Assembly: GCA_951406725.2 (NCBI GenBank)
Contig: OX597826.1
Coordinates: forward strand, 79,670,001 to 79,734,000
DNA: 64,000 nucleotides
Reading direction: 5' to 3'
DNA from: Octopus vulgaris
Lineage: Eukaryota
Shown: positions 39,286 to 53,285 of the stretch, piece after piece
Layout of the letters: each line of letters opens with the position of its first letter
Position numbering within the stretch: position 1 is the first letter of the stretch
Program-made: the position numbers and the translations under genes
The notes under the pieces: generated by a model
The model's input: the letters and a program-made list of their open reading frames with translations, nothing else
Database searches by the model: none
Told to the model about the DNA's origin: nothing

Positions 39286-39603
39286 TACCAAACAAACATG
39301 ATTTTTATTGAACTCATAATATTTATTGTATTCTCTTTCTCGAATACTTTCTTGTAAACTGTTTTTAACATATTCTTATCATTATCAAAGTCTACATAAC
39401 TGTATCTTAATACTTTTGTGATAGCCATTTTTTAACACAACAAAACTTATACAAAGTTTCATATTGTACTTTTGACAATCTTTTTCTAAAAAAGTGAAAC
39501 CTGTCAAGTCAATAAACATCTCTAAAGACTAAAAGACCTTTGCATTTTCAAACCCACTTTCATATATATTTTCACTCGTGCGATACCTTACAACTTTACT
39601 TTG

Positions 39604-39680
<77 letters not shown>

Positions 39681-41082
39681 CATACATACATATATATATA
39701 TCGGATATTGAGAAGAAAATCAGAAACCATTTTGCGTTTATCCAATTCTTCATATACAGACAAGTTGAGGAGAATCTTATAAGAATAATAACATGAATTG
39801 AAGTTATTAAACAGCACTGATAGAATTGGTATCAGACATCACGAAATACAAATCTTTGCATTCTGTATGAATATAGCAGCAGATTAAAATCTGACTGTTT
39901 TCGACATGTGTAAAGCCGAGAAGCTTATTTTTGCTTCAGAATGTATTAATTACATTTATTTATTTCATATATCTGTCATGAATTTAATTTAGTGTGTTTA
40001 TTTTAAATGTTTATTTTCTTACCTTTTATCGGATTCTTCCACTGAATGTAAGGAAACTGTTTTACTTCCGAAGAATTTTATATCCAAAAACGTTTTTGCA
40101 TCTAAGAAAAAAAAAAAAAAGTTAAAAGGAGAATGAAAGAAAAAACAAACACACACATAAGCCACAAGTCTGCTTACGCGCGGGTACACATGCGCACACA
40201 TACACACTCATACACACACACACAACCAAACATACACACACACACACAACCAAACACACACACACACAACCAAACACACACTCACACACACACAACCAAA
40301 CACTCACACACACTCACACACACGCGCACGCACGCACACACACACATACACACGCACCAATTTTACATTAAACTGAAGGATTTCTTAGTACTTTTCTTTG
40401 AGTACATATTTATTATTCTTTGACAGTAACTTCGAAGTTTCGCACCGTGGTACATTTTACATAGTTTCTGGTGAACTTATTTTGGGGGGAAAATAGAGCT
40501 ATGTTGAATGATAATTAGATTTAGAGTAAGGTCCGATGGAAAGATATGCAAAGATTTTATTGGTTAAAATTGATGGTTCAGACTCCACTCATGCGTGTAA
40601 AACTTTGGTGTGTCTCTTTTAGATCTTGGAATTGTTCTTAGGGTTCACAAAAGCATGTAAGTAGGTTTAAAACTTAGGTGAGCAGCAGAGGTATTAACGG
40701 ATTTAATTGTTGTTCATGTTATTAGAACACTATTAACCTGCTTCTGTTGGAATGGTGGAGGTTAGTGTTCAGAGTTCAGTCAAGCATGTAAAACGTCAGC
40801 TAGGTGTGTTTATTTGGGAGTGTCAGCTTTAGGTCATCGTGATTTTAGCATAGAAATTTGTCTACCTTGTGTTTTAGAGTTTACAAAAACTTGTAGGTAG
40901 GTGGAAAGTGTTGTTAGTCAACAGATTTCTGCCTGGGAGTTAATTGTTTTTATGTTTTGAATAGCGTCAAGACAAAGTAATCTGAATAGACTATTTAGAC
41001 ACAGAAGGAAAAAGTAAAGGGAGAAGAAATAATGTGTTCAATGGACGACTAATAATAATAATAATCATAATAATAATGATAA

Positions 41083-41545
41083 TGTCTTGGTATAAAAGAT
41101 GGGCTACAGCAAATATTCTGCTTAATACCACAGATTTGCTTGTCAGTTGTTTGACCTTAGCCAGTTGAGCATGTCCCTTAGTGGCTGACGATATGTGCAT
41201 CTCTGATCACGAGCAGAAGTAGTGGGGGAGCATCATAGCCGTGTGTTGAAAGGTATTCTTGGAGGTTTGGATAAATCACCTTTGTAAACAAGGGTGTTTC
41301 GTTCTACATTCTTAAACAATCCTTATTCAGGGACCTTTTGAGTGGGATGAGCTACTCGACCAGAAGAAAATTCTAACTGGGCCCCACCTGCAAGGTCATG
41401 CGCTGTTTATCTTGATATGAGATCATCATGTCGTGCACATATGGTTGTGATGCATGTGCCTAGTGTACCCTTATCAGACGGGTATACTGGGCTACGTATA
41501 TTTTAACCCAGTGTCACTTTGATGGCATGCACTGCTCTCTCACTC
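41083..41545 (+). mobile_element. Family D repeat, 5'-truncated, inside (AAT)n
   Basis: Matches 21555-22029 and shares its 3' end gcactgctctc(t/g)cact. Confidence 0.8.
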
Positions 41546-41549
41546 AATA

Positions 41550-41623
<74 letters not shown>

Positions 41624-41625
41624 AA

Positions 41626-41659
<34 letters not shown>

Positions 41660-41704
41660 GATGTTGATGAGGATGATAGTGATGATGACGATGATGATGA
41701 TGAT
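41546..41704. repeat. (AAT)n-(GAT)n-(GGT)n compound microsatellite
   Basis: Direct reading. Confidence 0.95.
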
Positions 41705-42104
41705 TTCACGCTGAGGAAATAGGATTATACAAATGGATTTGGATTTGAGTTCGTGCGTTGAGTCATTCTCTTTTAGTGCCTTATTATTTAATGCACACAC
41801 ACACTCACATATATGTATATATATATGTGAGGAAATATGAATGTTTATACAGACCCCACACACCCAGGCACACGTACACACGCACACACACATACACACA
41901 CACACACACATAAACGCACATGCCCGCAACGGTCTTTAACGATTCTGGATTCGACTCTAGTGTTCTTCAGATGTAACAACTTTCAAGTTGTAAGTCACTT
42001 TTGAAATCTAACGTAACACACTTTGCCTTTAGATGCCTTATATATTTTCCCCTTGATATGCGATATGACCTTCAGCCACATTCTATGGCTATTTGAAATA
42101 TGCA

Positions 42105-42188
42105 TGCATACATACATACATACATACATACATACATACATACATACATACATACATACATACATACATACATACATACATACATACA

Positions 42189-42265
<77 letters not shown>
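42105..42265. repeat. (CATA)n then (TA)n microsatellite
   Basis: Direct reading. Confidence 0.95.
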
Positions 42266-42267
<2 letters not shown>

Positions 42268-42478
42268 GGAGCCAAAGTTTCATGAGATATTTGCGAAGAT
42301 ATTAACTTTATTATTATCTTGTGTAACAATAAGAAATTATAATAACACAATCAATAATATAGCCGATTGCAGGCCCAGAAGAGCATTAAATAGCTGTAAG
42401 ATTAAAAAATAATCAAAGGAATACTAAGTATGTCTGCCTGCTGGAAATAACAGTCAAACTCTTATTTAAATCGCCGAA

Positions 42479-42586
42479 AAACTGGTTTGTTTTCATATAT
42501 AACTTCACATAAAAACGAACATATATATGTTTATATATATATCTGTTCGGTTTTATGTGAAGTTATAAATGAAAGCAAACCAGTTT
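42479..42586. repeat. Palindrome with (TA)n loop
   Basis: aaactggtttgttttcatatataacttcacataaaaacgaaca / tgttcggttttatgtgaagttataaatgaaagcaaaccagttt. Confidence 0.9.
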
Positions 42587-43068
42587 AATATTAAACTAAA
42601 CGATTACTGAATACGTAATAGCAGAGTTCATGCGTACGAAACTTTTTACGCGACATGTTTTGACAGTGATTTCGAAGTTTCGTTCTCTTCTTTTCGTCAG
42701 TTAGTATACGCATACTGAATTTTGTTTCACCTGTGCATCGCTGCTTCACGTCAGTAGATATATGTTAAGCTATCTGTATATACTTCAGAGCCTTTGATTT
42801 GTTCTACGGGTTAATCAAGTATAAAGCACGGATGAGTTGAAATAGCAACGAAACATCGCTGTCTGTTGTTCTCGCTCACCTTTGCCTGGCTTTCAAACAT
42901 ATTGCGTTTTTTGGTGCACACAATGTTATTTATGTGGCACCGATAATATGTGTGTGTGTGTACGCGCTCGGAGGTGTTTTGAAAATGCAACAGTTAGAAT
43001 CGTTAAGTTTACAGTAAAATACACGTTAATAGATAGACACAGACACACACGTACACGCACACATATCA

Positions 43069-43106
<38 letters not shown>

Positions 43107-43287
43107 ATATATATATATATGCATGTATGTATGCATGTATGCGTGTATTTACACAAACCATGCACGTACATATATGACTTTATTAAAATGCCGTATTAAC
43201 AAGCTATCACATTGCAATATTTAATAAGCCAAAGTTTGAATATGGCTATATCTTTATACATACATACACCCATACATATATACGTAC

Positions 43288-43332
<45 letters not shown>

Positions 43333-43471
43333 TGCACGTACGTATTAGAATAATTTGCTGTCTGTTTCAATTAATTACTACTAAGAAACATTAAATTATT
43401 TGATTTGAAGACATCTTGACAATATTTATGTCCTGCCGTTTAGCAGCCTCGAGAAAATTGTGTGGAAGAGT

Positions 43472-43526
<55 letters not shown>

Positions 43527-43788
43527 TTAGAGAGAGAGGGAGAGAGAGAGAGATGGAAAACGATATAGACATGAAGTGAGAGACCATGAAAGAGATAGAA
43601 AGAGAGCGCGCGAGAAAGAAAGAGTGAAAGACTGAGAATGAGAGAGGGAAAGGGAGAAAGAGAGAGAGAGAGAGAAAGAAAGGTGGGGAGAGAACATGGA
43701 TAGATATCTACATACAATTACATTTTCATGCATACACATATATTCATATGCGAACACTCGTTTGTACATATACATTCATCCTTACATA

Positions 43789-43834
<46 letters not shown>

Positions 43835-43866
43835 ACACACACACATACACGCACACACACACACAC

Positions 43867-43905
<39 letters not shown>

Positions 43906-44486
43906 TTTATATTTACATAACCTGGATGTGACAACTGACGATATACATTAAACTTAAGATGCATTGAAGTAGCAGAGAGTGACTGGTGGTGTTGGTTTGT
44001 GTTTGAAGAATGATGGATGGAGTTTGGAAGAGGCAGACGACCACGGCTTCAAAGACGTAGACGGGGTGTGAAAAGAAGTGTAGACCAACAGAATGCGGAG
44101 GAGATTCACAGACAGAGTGCGAAAGAGATGGAGAAATGGAAATGCAGTTAGTTAGATATATCGATGGATAGATAGATATCCAGGACGATAAAAAGAAGAC
44201 AGACAGATAGATCGATAAATCGATAGATGGAAGAAAGATAGGTGGCTATATTACCTGTATCTCTATATAGAGACAAGCATGCATACACACACACACGCAC
44301 ACACACACATATATAGATATAGATAGAGAGAATATAGATTGAGAGACAGATAGACAGAGAGGTAGATAAATAAATTGAAGGAAGGATAAACAGATATACA
44401 GATAGATATACAGATGGTTCGATAGACTGACATACATGCATACACACAGACAGAGACACAGGCAGACAGATAGATAGAGTAGTATT

Positions 44487-44904
44487 TATTTGTTTACTAC
44501 CCACAAGGGGCTAAACATAGAGGGGACAAACAAGGACAGACAAAGGGATTAAGTCGATTACATCGACTCTAATGCATAACTGGTACTTATTTAATCGACC
44601 CCAAAAGGATGAAAAGCAAAGTCGACCTCGGCGGAGTTTGAACTCAGAACGTAATGACAGACGAAATACCTATATCTTTACTACCCACAAGGGGCTAAAC
44701 ACATAGGGGACAAACAAGGACAGACAAACGGATTAAGTCGATTATATCGATCCCAGTGCGTAACTGGTACTTAATTTACCGACCCCGAAAGGATGAAAGG
44801 CAAAGTCGACCTCGGCGAAATTTGAACTCAGAACGTAACGGCAGACGAAATACCGCTAAGCATTCCGTCCAGCGTGCTAACGTTTCTGCCAGTTCGCCAC
44901 CCTA
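44487..44904 (-). mobile_element. SINE family C, dimeric copy
   Basis: Second unit starts at ggtatttcgtctg (44670); outer TSD agataga(g/a)tagtatt at 44472-44486 and 44905-44919. Confidence 0.9.
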
Positions 44905-45537
44905 AGATAGAATAGTATTGAATGAGAATGAGAGAGCGAGGCGCCTTTAAAAAGGACGGAGAAATTTCCGACCGTAATTTTGGTCACGGATGGGAATTAC
45001 TCGTCATAGATCTATTCCTTCAGAATAAGTCCTGGGGTCGATTTGTTCGACTAAAGGCGGTGCTTCAGCATGGCCGCAGTCAAAAAGAATGAAACAAGTA
45101 AAATAATAAAAGAATAAAAACATTTAATATATAATTAATATATAATATGGTGGAGCTGCGTGGCTTAGTGGTTAGAGGGTTGAACTGATGGTCGTAAGAT
45201 TGTGGTTTTGATTCCTGTACAGGTATAGCGATTTCAGATTATCCCCCACCATTCAGATTACTCCTACCTCGTTAACTTGAAATCGGTTTCATGTTTACCC
45301 GCCGGGGTAATTTGAAATCGATTTCAAGTTAGCTCCTACGATTTCAGATTACCTCACCTAAAATATTTCCTCAAATGTTCGTCTCCCTGGTGGCAAATTG
45401 GAGAATCATTATTGTGCTTATTATTATTAACATCATCAACATTTTTCTTCTGTAACTTACAAACATAATTACTAAGAAATGTATAATTAATAATACAAGT
45501 TTGCATAGGGAACCCATTAAATGTATGTGTTGATGCT

Positions 45538-45594
<57 letters not shown>

Positions 45595-45689
45595 AATGTA
45601 GAGTAGTATGTGAAAGAGAAAGTCAGAGTTTTCATTTGGCTGGAGTTTTCACCTAAGTTTTTTCTTAAGCTGAAGAAGTTTGAAAGCAG

Positions 45690-45945
45690 CATATCCAGAA
45701 TGGCTACGTTTAGTATATTAGAAGAGCTCAGTTCGTTCAAAAAGAGCAATGCAATAGAAACCCGAACAACAGCAGGTCAGTACAGGAAATGAATTTCTGC
45801 TCAAAAACCTACTTCGAGAGGACAGAAAAGGAGGACATTTTACGGAACGCCGTACAGGTCCTTACATTGTTAAGAAGGTTGTGGCAAAAATATCTCTCAC
45901 TTTTCAAATAACAATAAAGTACTAGAAAATAAATGCTACCAAACT
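45690..45945 (+). pseudogene. Ginger/Gypsy-type integrase C-terminal remnant
   Basis: From 45785 reads GNEFLLKNLLREDRKGGHFTERRTGPYIV, the GPY/F module (GD.VLL.N.....KGGK....W.GPY.I). Confidence 0.65.
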
Positions 45946-46048
45946 CTCTCGATATATTGAGCAACCACCAGCAAGTAAAAAACGAAAACCATTTACGAAA
46001 ATCAAGATACTGGAGCTCCAAATTAAAAAGAAACAAACTGCTGTGATG

Positions 46049-46209
46049 GAGTAAAGATTGTTTGCCAACATAACATAGTAGTCCTGGTTTAGGACGAATG
46101 TTGCTGTAATTTAGCCCCAGGAGCTAAACGATGTCTCCCGTGGCCAAATTACAGCAACATTCGTCCTAAACCAGGACTGCCATGTTATATTGGCAAATAA
46201 TCTTTGCTC
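46049..46209. mobile_element. Foldback, MITE-like palindrome
   Basis: Arms about 70 bp with perfect core agtcctggtttaggacgaatgttgctgtaattt / aaattacagcaacattcgtcctaaaccaggact. Confidence 0.75.
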
Positions 46210-46606
46210 GAAAGTACTGTTGCTGAATATTGCTTGTTGTGAGATTTAAAAAATAGTAATTTTCTAAACTGCAGTGATGTTTTAATGTATATAAATATAT
46301 TTCGTTACCAATTTAAATTGTATAAATAAATTTCGGTTTATATATAAAACACATCGTTGTTCAAATCAATCTCTTATCGTTACATTCTGTCAACTCAATT
46401 CAGGCCACAACATCTATCTGCGACATATTTATAGAAGAAAAGTACTCGAATCCAAATCACTTACTCATTAACAAAAAATAAAACGTTTTTATTTTAAAAC
46501 ATTGCAAACACAGAATCCATGTTTCTTTTTTCAGCGTATCATAAAAAATGTAATATTTTTGTCTTATTTTCACATTTTAAGATTAGTTTACAATCTTGAA
46601 TGTAAT

Positions 46607-46706
46607 CCGAACCACTAAATTACGGGGGTCATAAACAGACCAACATCGGCTGTCAAACGATGGTGGGGGGACAAACACAGTCACACAAATACACACACGC
46701 ACGCAC

Positions 46707-46746
<40 letters not shown>

Positions 46747-46955
46747 ATATATACATATAAATATAAATATTTATATATATATATATATATATACAACGGG
46801 CCTCTTTCAGTTTTCGTCTACCAAATCCACTCACAAGGCTTTGGTCGGCCCTAGACTGTAGTAGAAGACACTCACCCAGGTGCGTGCCACGCAGTGGACT
46901 GAACCCGGAACCATGTGGTTGGGAAGCAAGCTTCTTACCATGCACCCACTCCTGC
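46607..46955 (-). mobile_element. SINE family A, 3'-truncated
   Basis: Head gcaggagtgggtgcatggtaagaagcttgcttcccaaccacatgg. Confidence 0.88.
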
Positions 46956-47282
46956 GACTATGTATATGTATGTATATGTGTATATATATATACATATATA
47001 TATATACATACACACACATACATACATATACATATATAACAATAACCGTAATTATAATCAATGTCGAGCTTTAAATTGTCTGACAGTTGATCTGATGTAG
47101 AAACTCTCTCTCTAAGTTAGATTACGGTTTTCGAAACCAGAAAGGAGGAAAAGGAAGCTTCCAATTGAATTTTTAATAAGTTAGCTCAGTTTACCACCAG
47201 TTGAAATAAACACAAGGAAATAGGGGGCAAAATTTTTGCTTTTACCCGAGAGAGGTCAACTCTTCTTCCTGTTCTTCACTGC

Positions 47283-47555
47283 ATGAAAATAATGGGTTCT
47301 AAGCAGAAGCATGGTGCTGTCGTTGAGTCCTTAACGAAATAGGGGTGCAGGCTGTCGAGTATCCATCGAAGGCTACAGGTTGTTTACAGAGACAACATCA
47401 TTGACAAAAAGCAATGTGTACACAGGGATGGAAAAGTTTAAAGTGAGTGAACCGGCATTGGAGACAGACCATGAAATGGAAAGCTGTCGACTATGACCAC
47501 TTATACAAATCACCAGCGTGTAAAAGAATTGGTTTGCCCAGACAGGCGAGTCACA
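47283..47555 (+). pseudogene. Mariner transposase N-terminal remnant
   Basis: QKHGAVVESL..GC..SIHRRLQVVYRD...then STMTTYTNHQRVKELVCPDRRVT, a mariner bipartite HTH pattern; stops and frameshifts. Confidence 0.75.
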
Positions 47556-47681
47556 TTCCTGTCACAAGATCAATGCGTGAGTGAATGTGTACTCTTCCTA
47601 AATAACTGCGTGTTTATGTCATGATTGCAATTAAGTAACTTCAAACGACTTTCATTAAAATGTTTTGTCTAATGGTATATA

Positions 47682-47873
47682 CGAGGTTACGCTGAAAAGT
47701 TCCTTACTTTGGGTAAAATAAAATACAGGAGGATGAGTTAATTATGATTTTATTCTACATATTTCCTTATGAGATTCAGTTTTCTAAGACCTGCAAAAGA
47801 ACTCGGAAGGTTGGGCCTCCAACCGGGATTTTTGCAACACCCTTAAAGCCAGGATCTTTCCAGCCTCCTCCCG
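47682..47873. mobile_element. Mariner-type MITE
   Basis: TA flanks; imperfect TIRs cgaggttacgctgaaaagttccttacttt / aaagccaggatctttccagcctcctcccg. Confidence 0.75.
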
Positions 47874-47969
47874 TATAGAAAGATTAAATGTAGAGTTAAA
47901 TAGTTGAAATCTTGAAGTCAAGTATAACATTTTAATGTGAGGTATACAACTTGCAAAAATACATTAAAT

Positions 47970-48170
47970 ATTGATTTTCACATTTCTAAGTTTGCAATTT
48001 CGGCGACGGAATTAAGTCGATTACGTCAACCCTAGTGTTTAGCTGGTACTTATTTTGTCGACCCCGAAAATATGAAAGCAAAGTCAACCTCGATGGAATT
48101 TGAACTCAGAACGAAAAGACGGACGAAATGTTGCTAAGCTTATTTGCCGGCGCGCAAACTATTCTGCCCA
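47970..48170 (-). mobile_element. SINE family C, diverged monomer
   Basis: aaagtcaacctcgatggaatttgaactcagaacg. Confidence 0.82.
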
Positions 48171-48759
48171 CTTAGAATGCAGTACATACGTTAAAGAGAG
48201 AAATTCGATTATTACCTTTCCAAAGTTAGCATTCAGCTTACGATAAGAAGAACGATAAATGAGTCGATGTCTATTGCACGTTACGTTTGTTTGTCTCATG
48301 CGGTGAATTTACGCTTAGAGTTATTTCTCTGTTGTCAGACAAGAAAAAAAAATCTAGCAATTTTTGTTGTTTTCTTAGTTACTTGTTTAACCTCGATATA
48401 TACATCATTTCTCTATGACTACAATAACTGTGATTATTTAAACGAAATATTTTCCAGTATATTTTCAATGATCTGACTGCATTGGGTACTTTTTTCTCTC
48501 CCTTGGAGGTTTCGCTAATAAATGAGAATGGTGCTTATTTGCAGGAAATCCTTAATCATGCAGATCTGTGTGTGTGTGCGTGCGTGTGTGACTATGACAT
48601 GTTATGTCTCCGTTTTTATGAGGATGGAATGGGATTCAAATAAGATTTTGCTGCTGTTTCTACCGGTTCGGCCCCACTCAGACGCTCACTTATTCTTTCA
48701 TGGAAGTAGATATAGATTTCTCCTGTGTATGAATTATAATAGTAGAAATTGAGACTCAA

Positions 48760-50450
48760 ATTCTGCAGGAAAGTTCTCGTTCAATTCTTGAGCAGAATGC
48801 GAAATATATATCAGATATTCTGGGGAACGTTTAATATGGGTGGTTTCGAATTAACACAAATCTTTATTCTTTAGTATCCAACCATTCAGTGTATACATAT
48901 GCTTGAGTCAATTCAGGATCGTTAAACAAACGTAGAATTGGTTGTTCGATTCCTATCAGGTAAATCGTGTCTGTGCTTCATACATTTAGCTCCCAACAGC
49001 TGAGTTCAACTAGGTAGCAGAAGCAGTAGAAAGAACGAGTATTCCGTTGGTTCACAGTCCTTTTTGAAGGAAAACTCTGGTTGCTTCTTAGACGAGAAAC
49101 GACAAAGTTTTCCTCTACTTAAAACTCTAAACTAGGAGATAAATAGCGACCATGGCGGACGTCTGTGTTTCCGATAATATTTGCTATAGTAAAGCAGACA
49201 CGACGCTATTGCATCTCCGATTATCCAAACCTCACCAAAAATGGACCAAGCGTTTGAGGAGGCAACTAAATGGTTAGATTTCGTTAAGTGCAAGAAATAA
49301 CAACTAAATATCTGCCAAACCGAACAATGTTGTTTTAACAAAGGATAGATTAGATGACCTAATACTGTGTAGATAGACGTAAATCTGAAAGGCGGTGCAG
49401 GAAGAAATATTTATACAACAAGCACGTATGACCTTATCTTGGATGGGGAAAACGACTGCAGCTATGTATATGATCTATGCTGATAAAAAGCGCAATATAT
49501 AAATCAAATGAAATACAGGAGATAAGTTAAACTCCTGCATAGATGAAGTTAAGGAATAAGGTTATTTATAAGAAACTAAAATATATTGTGATTGGAATGA
49601 TATAAGCTGACTGCGTCGGTTTAAGCGCACCGAGAGAAAAGTTTTCAATGATTAATAATGCTTTCATCGTCAATTTGGTATTCAATGCATTCAATTTAAA
49701 GACCAGAATTTGCTGAATATAGTTTAGAAATATTGAGTGATTGCGAACGTTTTTATAAGGAAAAGGTCGAATAAGGCCTGGTATTGATGTGGTGTGGATA
49801 CTTGAAATTCTACAGAAAGCAAATAATTTTATCAAAAGATTTAAAGTGGGGCGCATTTTTCATCGAAACGCAAATGTAAAACAATAACTCTAAGAATGGT
49901 TCCAAGAGAAAGAAATGTCTTTCTTCATCTGAAACATTTGCAGAAGATATTTTCTTGTTAATCAAGAAGCTAAAATTTCGAATATAAAAACATGTCTTCG
50001 GAGATGATTTAAAAGTAAGATTACAAAAGGTCAAAAATAGTAATAAAATATTCCTACAACCAGACAAGACCAAAACTCATATAAAATTTATAAACGTTTC
50101 TGCCACTGCTTTCTTTTAACGTTTAAAAGAAAACGAATCAACATTTTGATAGATATCAATATCCAAGGTCAAAACATCTCTACTAAACTGTAAATTAAGG
50201 ATAGAAAAAAAAAGACATCATTCTTCAAAAAAGTTTTAGGACTATGAGAATAAATTTGAACTAACCTCTTGAATTAGGGTAATAAACCTAGGCAAACTTG
50301 GCATTGCAGTCGATTATAAATACAACCTAAATATAAATATATCCGAACACAACTTACTTCAGCCTTGTTCACTCCTCTAATTACAGAAAGTTTATATCCA
50401 TTATGCTTGAAGATCTATAATCCGTTACGAACTCAGATGAAGTCAGTTGA
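48760..50450 (+). mobile_element. Possible highly decayed CR1/L2-type LINE
   Basis: A-rich strand bias and faint endonuclease-like peptides only. Confidence 0.25.
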
Positions 50451-51703
50451 TATCGAAGCACTGTATATACAAATTAGAAACCGAGCCGAAGGGGGCCTTT
50501 ATAGCGATGATGGGCTGCCAGCCATATGAACAGTCGAGGAACTCAAACTTCGAAGCCCGTTGGAAATATGCATGCATGTGTGCGTGTGTATGTGTGTCTG
50601 TGTATGTTGGTGTCCTTTTGCTTGCCCTCGCACAGCTTGACATCTGGTATTGATTTGTTTCCGTCCCTGTCACAGCGGTTCGGCATAAATGATAAACAGA
50701 ATAAATGAAATACTTTAAAAAATAAGTACTAAAGTACTAGAGTCGATTTGTTCGACTAAACACTTCCAGAAAGAACCTCGACATGTCCACAGTGCAATGA
50801 CCGAAGCAGTGAAAAGGTAATAGATATCAAAGAATTTCTACGCCTTTGCAATGCGTCTCGGATGTATATTGAAACCCCTGCTGATGTGTAACGATAAATG
50901 AGTATACTTAGTTCAGTGTGTTTTCCTATCTTCTAGTTTAACATATTTTATATAAACAACACTTGGATGGGGAAGAAGGGAAAATAAGTGGATAGAATGA
51001 CGAAATATTTATTCTGTAGTTGCTTAAGTTTAACAACTATTTCAAAGGACGATTGATTTTACGAAGCCAGGTAAAGGTAGTTCTATGTCTAGCAATTTTA
51101 TGAGATTAATTAAGTAAATGAACGTGGGTGTTATTTTAAACTAACAACTGGGGTTAATGATGGAGATATTTTATGAGTTTGATGCTATCATAACTTGGTA
51201 AGTTTGCATATGCTGGTCTAATATTACTATTAATTAGTAATGATTTTGTTACTATAAACTTGTTTTTATTTTACGATCATATCAAATTTATAGACTCCGT
51301 ATGTAATTTCATTGAACGTTGCCCAATTAGGTCATAATGTTGTCATAGCATTAAATTCAAGATGAGGTAAATATTTAAATGCATATTGTATTATGCTTTC
51401 CGAAAGCTACTGGCTATAATATAAAACCATTTCAGAAGAGTTAATGATTAGAGGAGTTAATTAAACAAATTATTTATGGTTACGATAGAGTATTAGTTCT
51501 CACTGTAAGCATTATTATCTGTTATAATTATTTCCACATGGACATTCAAACACAAATTCACATTCTGCGTCCATACATTTAAGACATACTTAAGAGAAAG
51601 AGTTTGTTAATGTTTCCCGTAATCTCACAAATATAGAGACACCCGCAGATGCACATGGCTTTATACCAAGCAAGATATATATTTTTATATATTTATGTAT
51701 GTT

Positions 51704-51777
<74 letters not shown>

Positions 51778-51780
<3 letters not shown>

Positions 51781-52090
51781 AGGCGCAATGGCCCAGTGGT
51801 TAGGGCAGCGGACTCGCGGTCGTAGGATCGCGGTTTCGAATCCCAGGCCGGGCGTTGTTAAGTGTTTATTGAGCGAAAACACCTAAAAAGCTCCACGATG
51901 CTCCGGCAGGGGGTGGTGATCCCTGCTGTACTCTTTCTCCACTCTTTCTCCCACTGTTTCTTCTGTTGGCCAGCTCGCTTAGCCAGCGGGGTGGCGTCAT
52001 TCGAAGGCTAAAAAAAAAACAATGCGAACGCATTGTGACCAGCGACGTGTAACAACATCTGATGGTCTGGTCGGTCACGTGATCACGTGA
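51778..52090 (+). mobile_element. SINE with family B head and a different 3' module
   Basis: 51778-51966 matches family B; the remainder is unrelated and ends gtcacgtgatcacgtga. Confidence 0.88.
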
Positions 52091-52161
52091 TATATATATA
52101 TATATACGACGAATTTACTACAAAAAAGAAATATCTAATAGTCATTATTATTACCTTGTCC

Positions 52162-52202
<41 letters not shown>

Positions 52203-53067
52203 GTATATATACATAAGTAGTGATATTGATAGGGATCATAAAAGACACTCGCTTACATATAGATACACGCCTACATACAGATCCATGTACACATACGCTC
52301 ACAGCCAAAACGAAATCCAAATACCAGCTGAAGTATTAGAAAGGCATAAATATAGCTTGCACTAAAAAATTAGTAATTACATTAATAATTCGAAATAGAA
52401 TACGGCCTTAGGAATTCCGAATTTGTCCTTGCGTGAGACGCGGCCTGTCCATCTGAGCTATTTGAGCAGATGGCTATAAGCAACTTTGAGAACGTTAGAA
52501 CAACTGCGGCAGATGAGGAATGCCAAAGAATGAAAAATATCATCGTCAAGGCCGTGTATGCTGTTATAATATGTTACTTTTAGCAAAACTACCAACAGTG
52601 TTTTAATTGTGTTCTTTTTTTCTATTGAATTGTCAGAAATTATTTCCCAATGTATACTGCCTCTGTAACCTGTCACAATGCTTGGTCTTTTGGTTGCGTA
52701 GAAAAATTTCATTTCTGCGTTGTTTATCGATCAATTATGGGTTGATGTCTATTAATCTTGTATGGCAGGTTGGTGAAATATGTTTTTTTTATTGCATTCA
52801 TACTACGTTCCTCCTCAACGCAAAACATGAGTGAAGTAACAAAACCCTACAACTATAACACAATCACTACAATAGCACGAGAATGAGGTAACACTACATT
52901 TAAAGTCAACTAAAGTAAACTCCTAAGCACACAGGCGCGCGCGCGAAACAAAAGCTGTCAAACTCAGAAACCACACTCATACAATTTGCGAGTTACACAG
53001 AAAGATGGAAACGTACAAAGTTTTTTTCATGTAAGAACCAATAACAGCAAAAGGAAGTAATTGACAT

Positions 53068-53285
53068 TGGTTTCAAATTTTGGATCAAAGCCAGCAATTT
53101 CGGGGGAGGGGAGGGTAAGTCGATTACATCGACCCTAATACTCAACTGATACTTGTCTTATCGACCCTGAAAGGATGGCAGGCATAGTGACCTCAGCGGA
53201 ATTTGAACTGAGAACGGAAAGACGGACGAAATGCCATTGGGCATTTTGTTCGGCATGTAAAGGATTCTGCTATCTCACCGCCTTA
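53068..53285 (-). mobile_element. SINE family C, diverged monomer
   Basis: Collinear with 63270-63480. Confidence 0.82.

Noticed and set aside
42674-42702. Minus-strand CTGACGA...GAAAC
   Set aside because: The intervening purine run cannot form stem II.
45225-45360. Repeated gatttcagattac units in both orientations
   Set aside because: Probably subterminal repeats of an unidentified transposon; boundaries cannot be defined.
51778-51850. tRNA gene (also 7757, 29175-29246, 45152, 60463)
   Set aside because: Heads continue into SINE bodies and lack a poly-T terminator; one has a TSD around the whole element.
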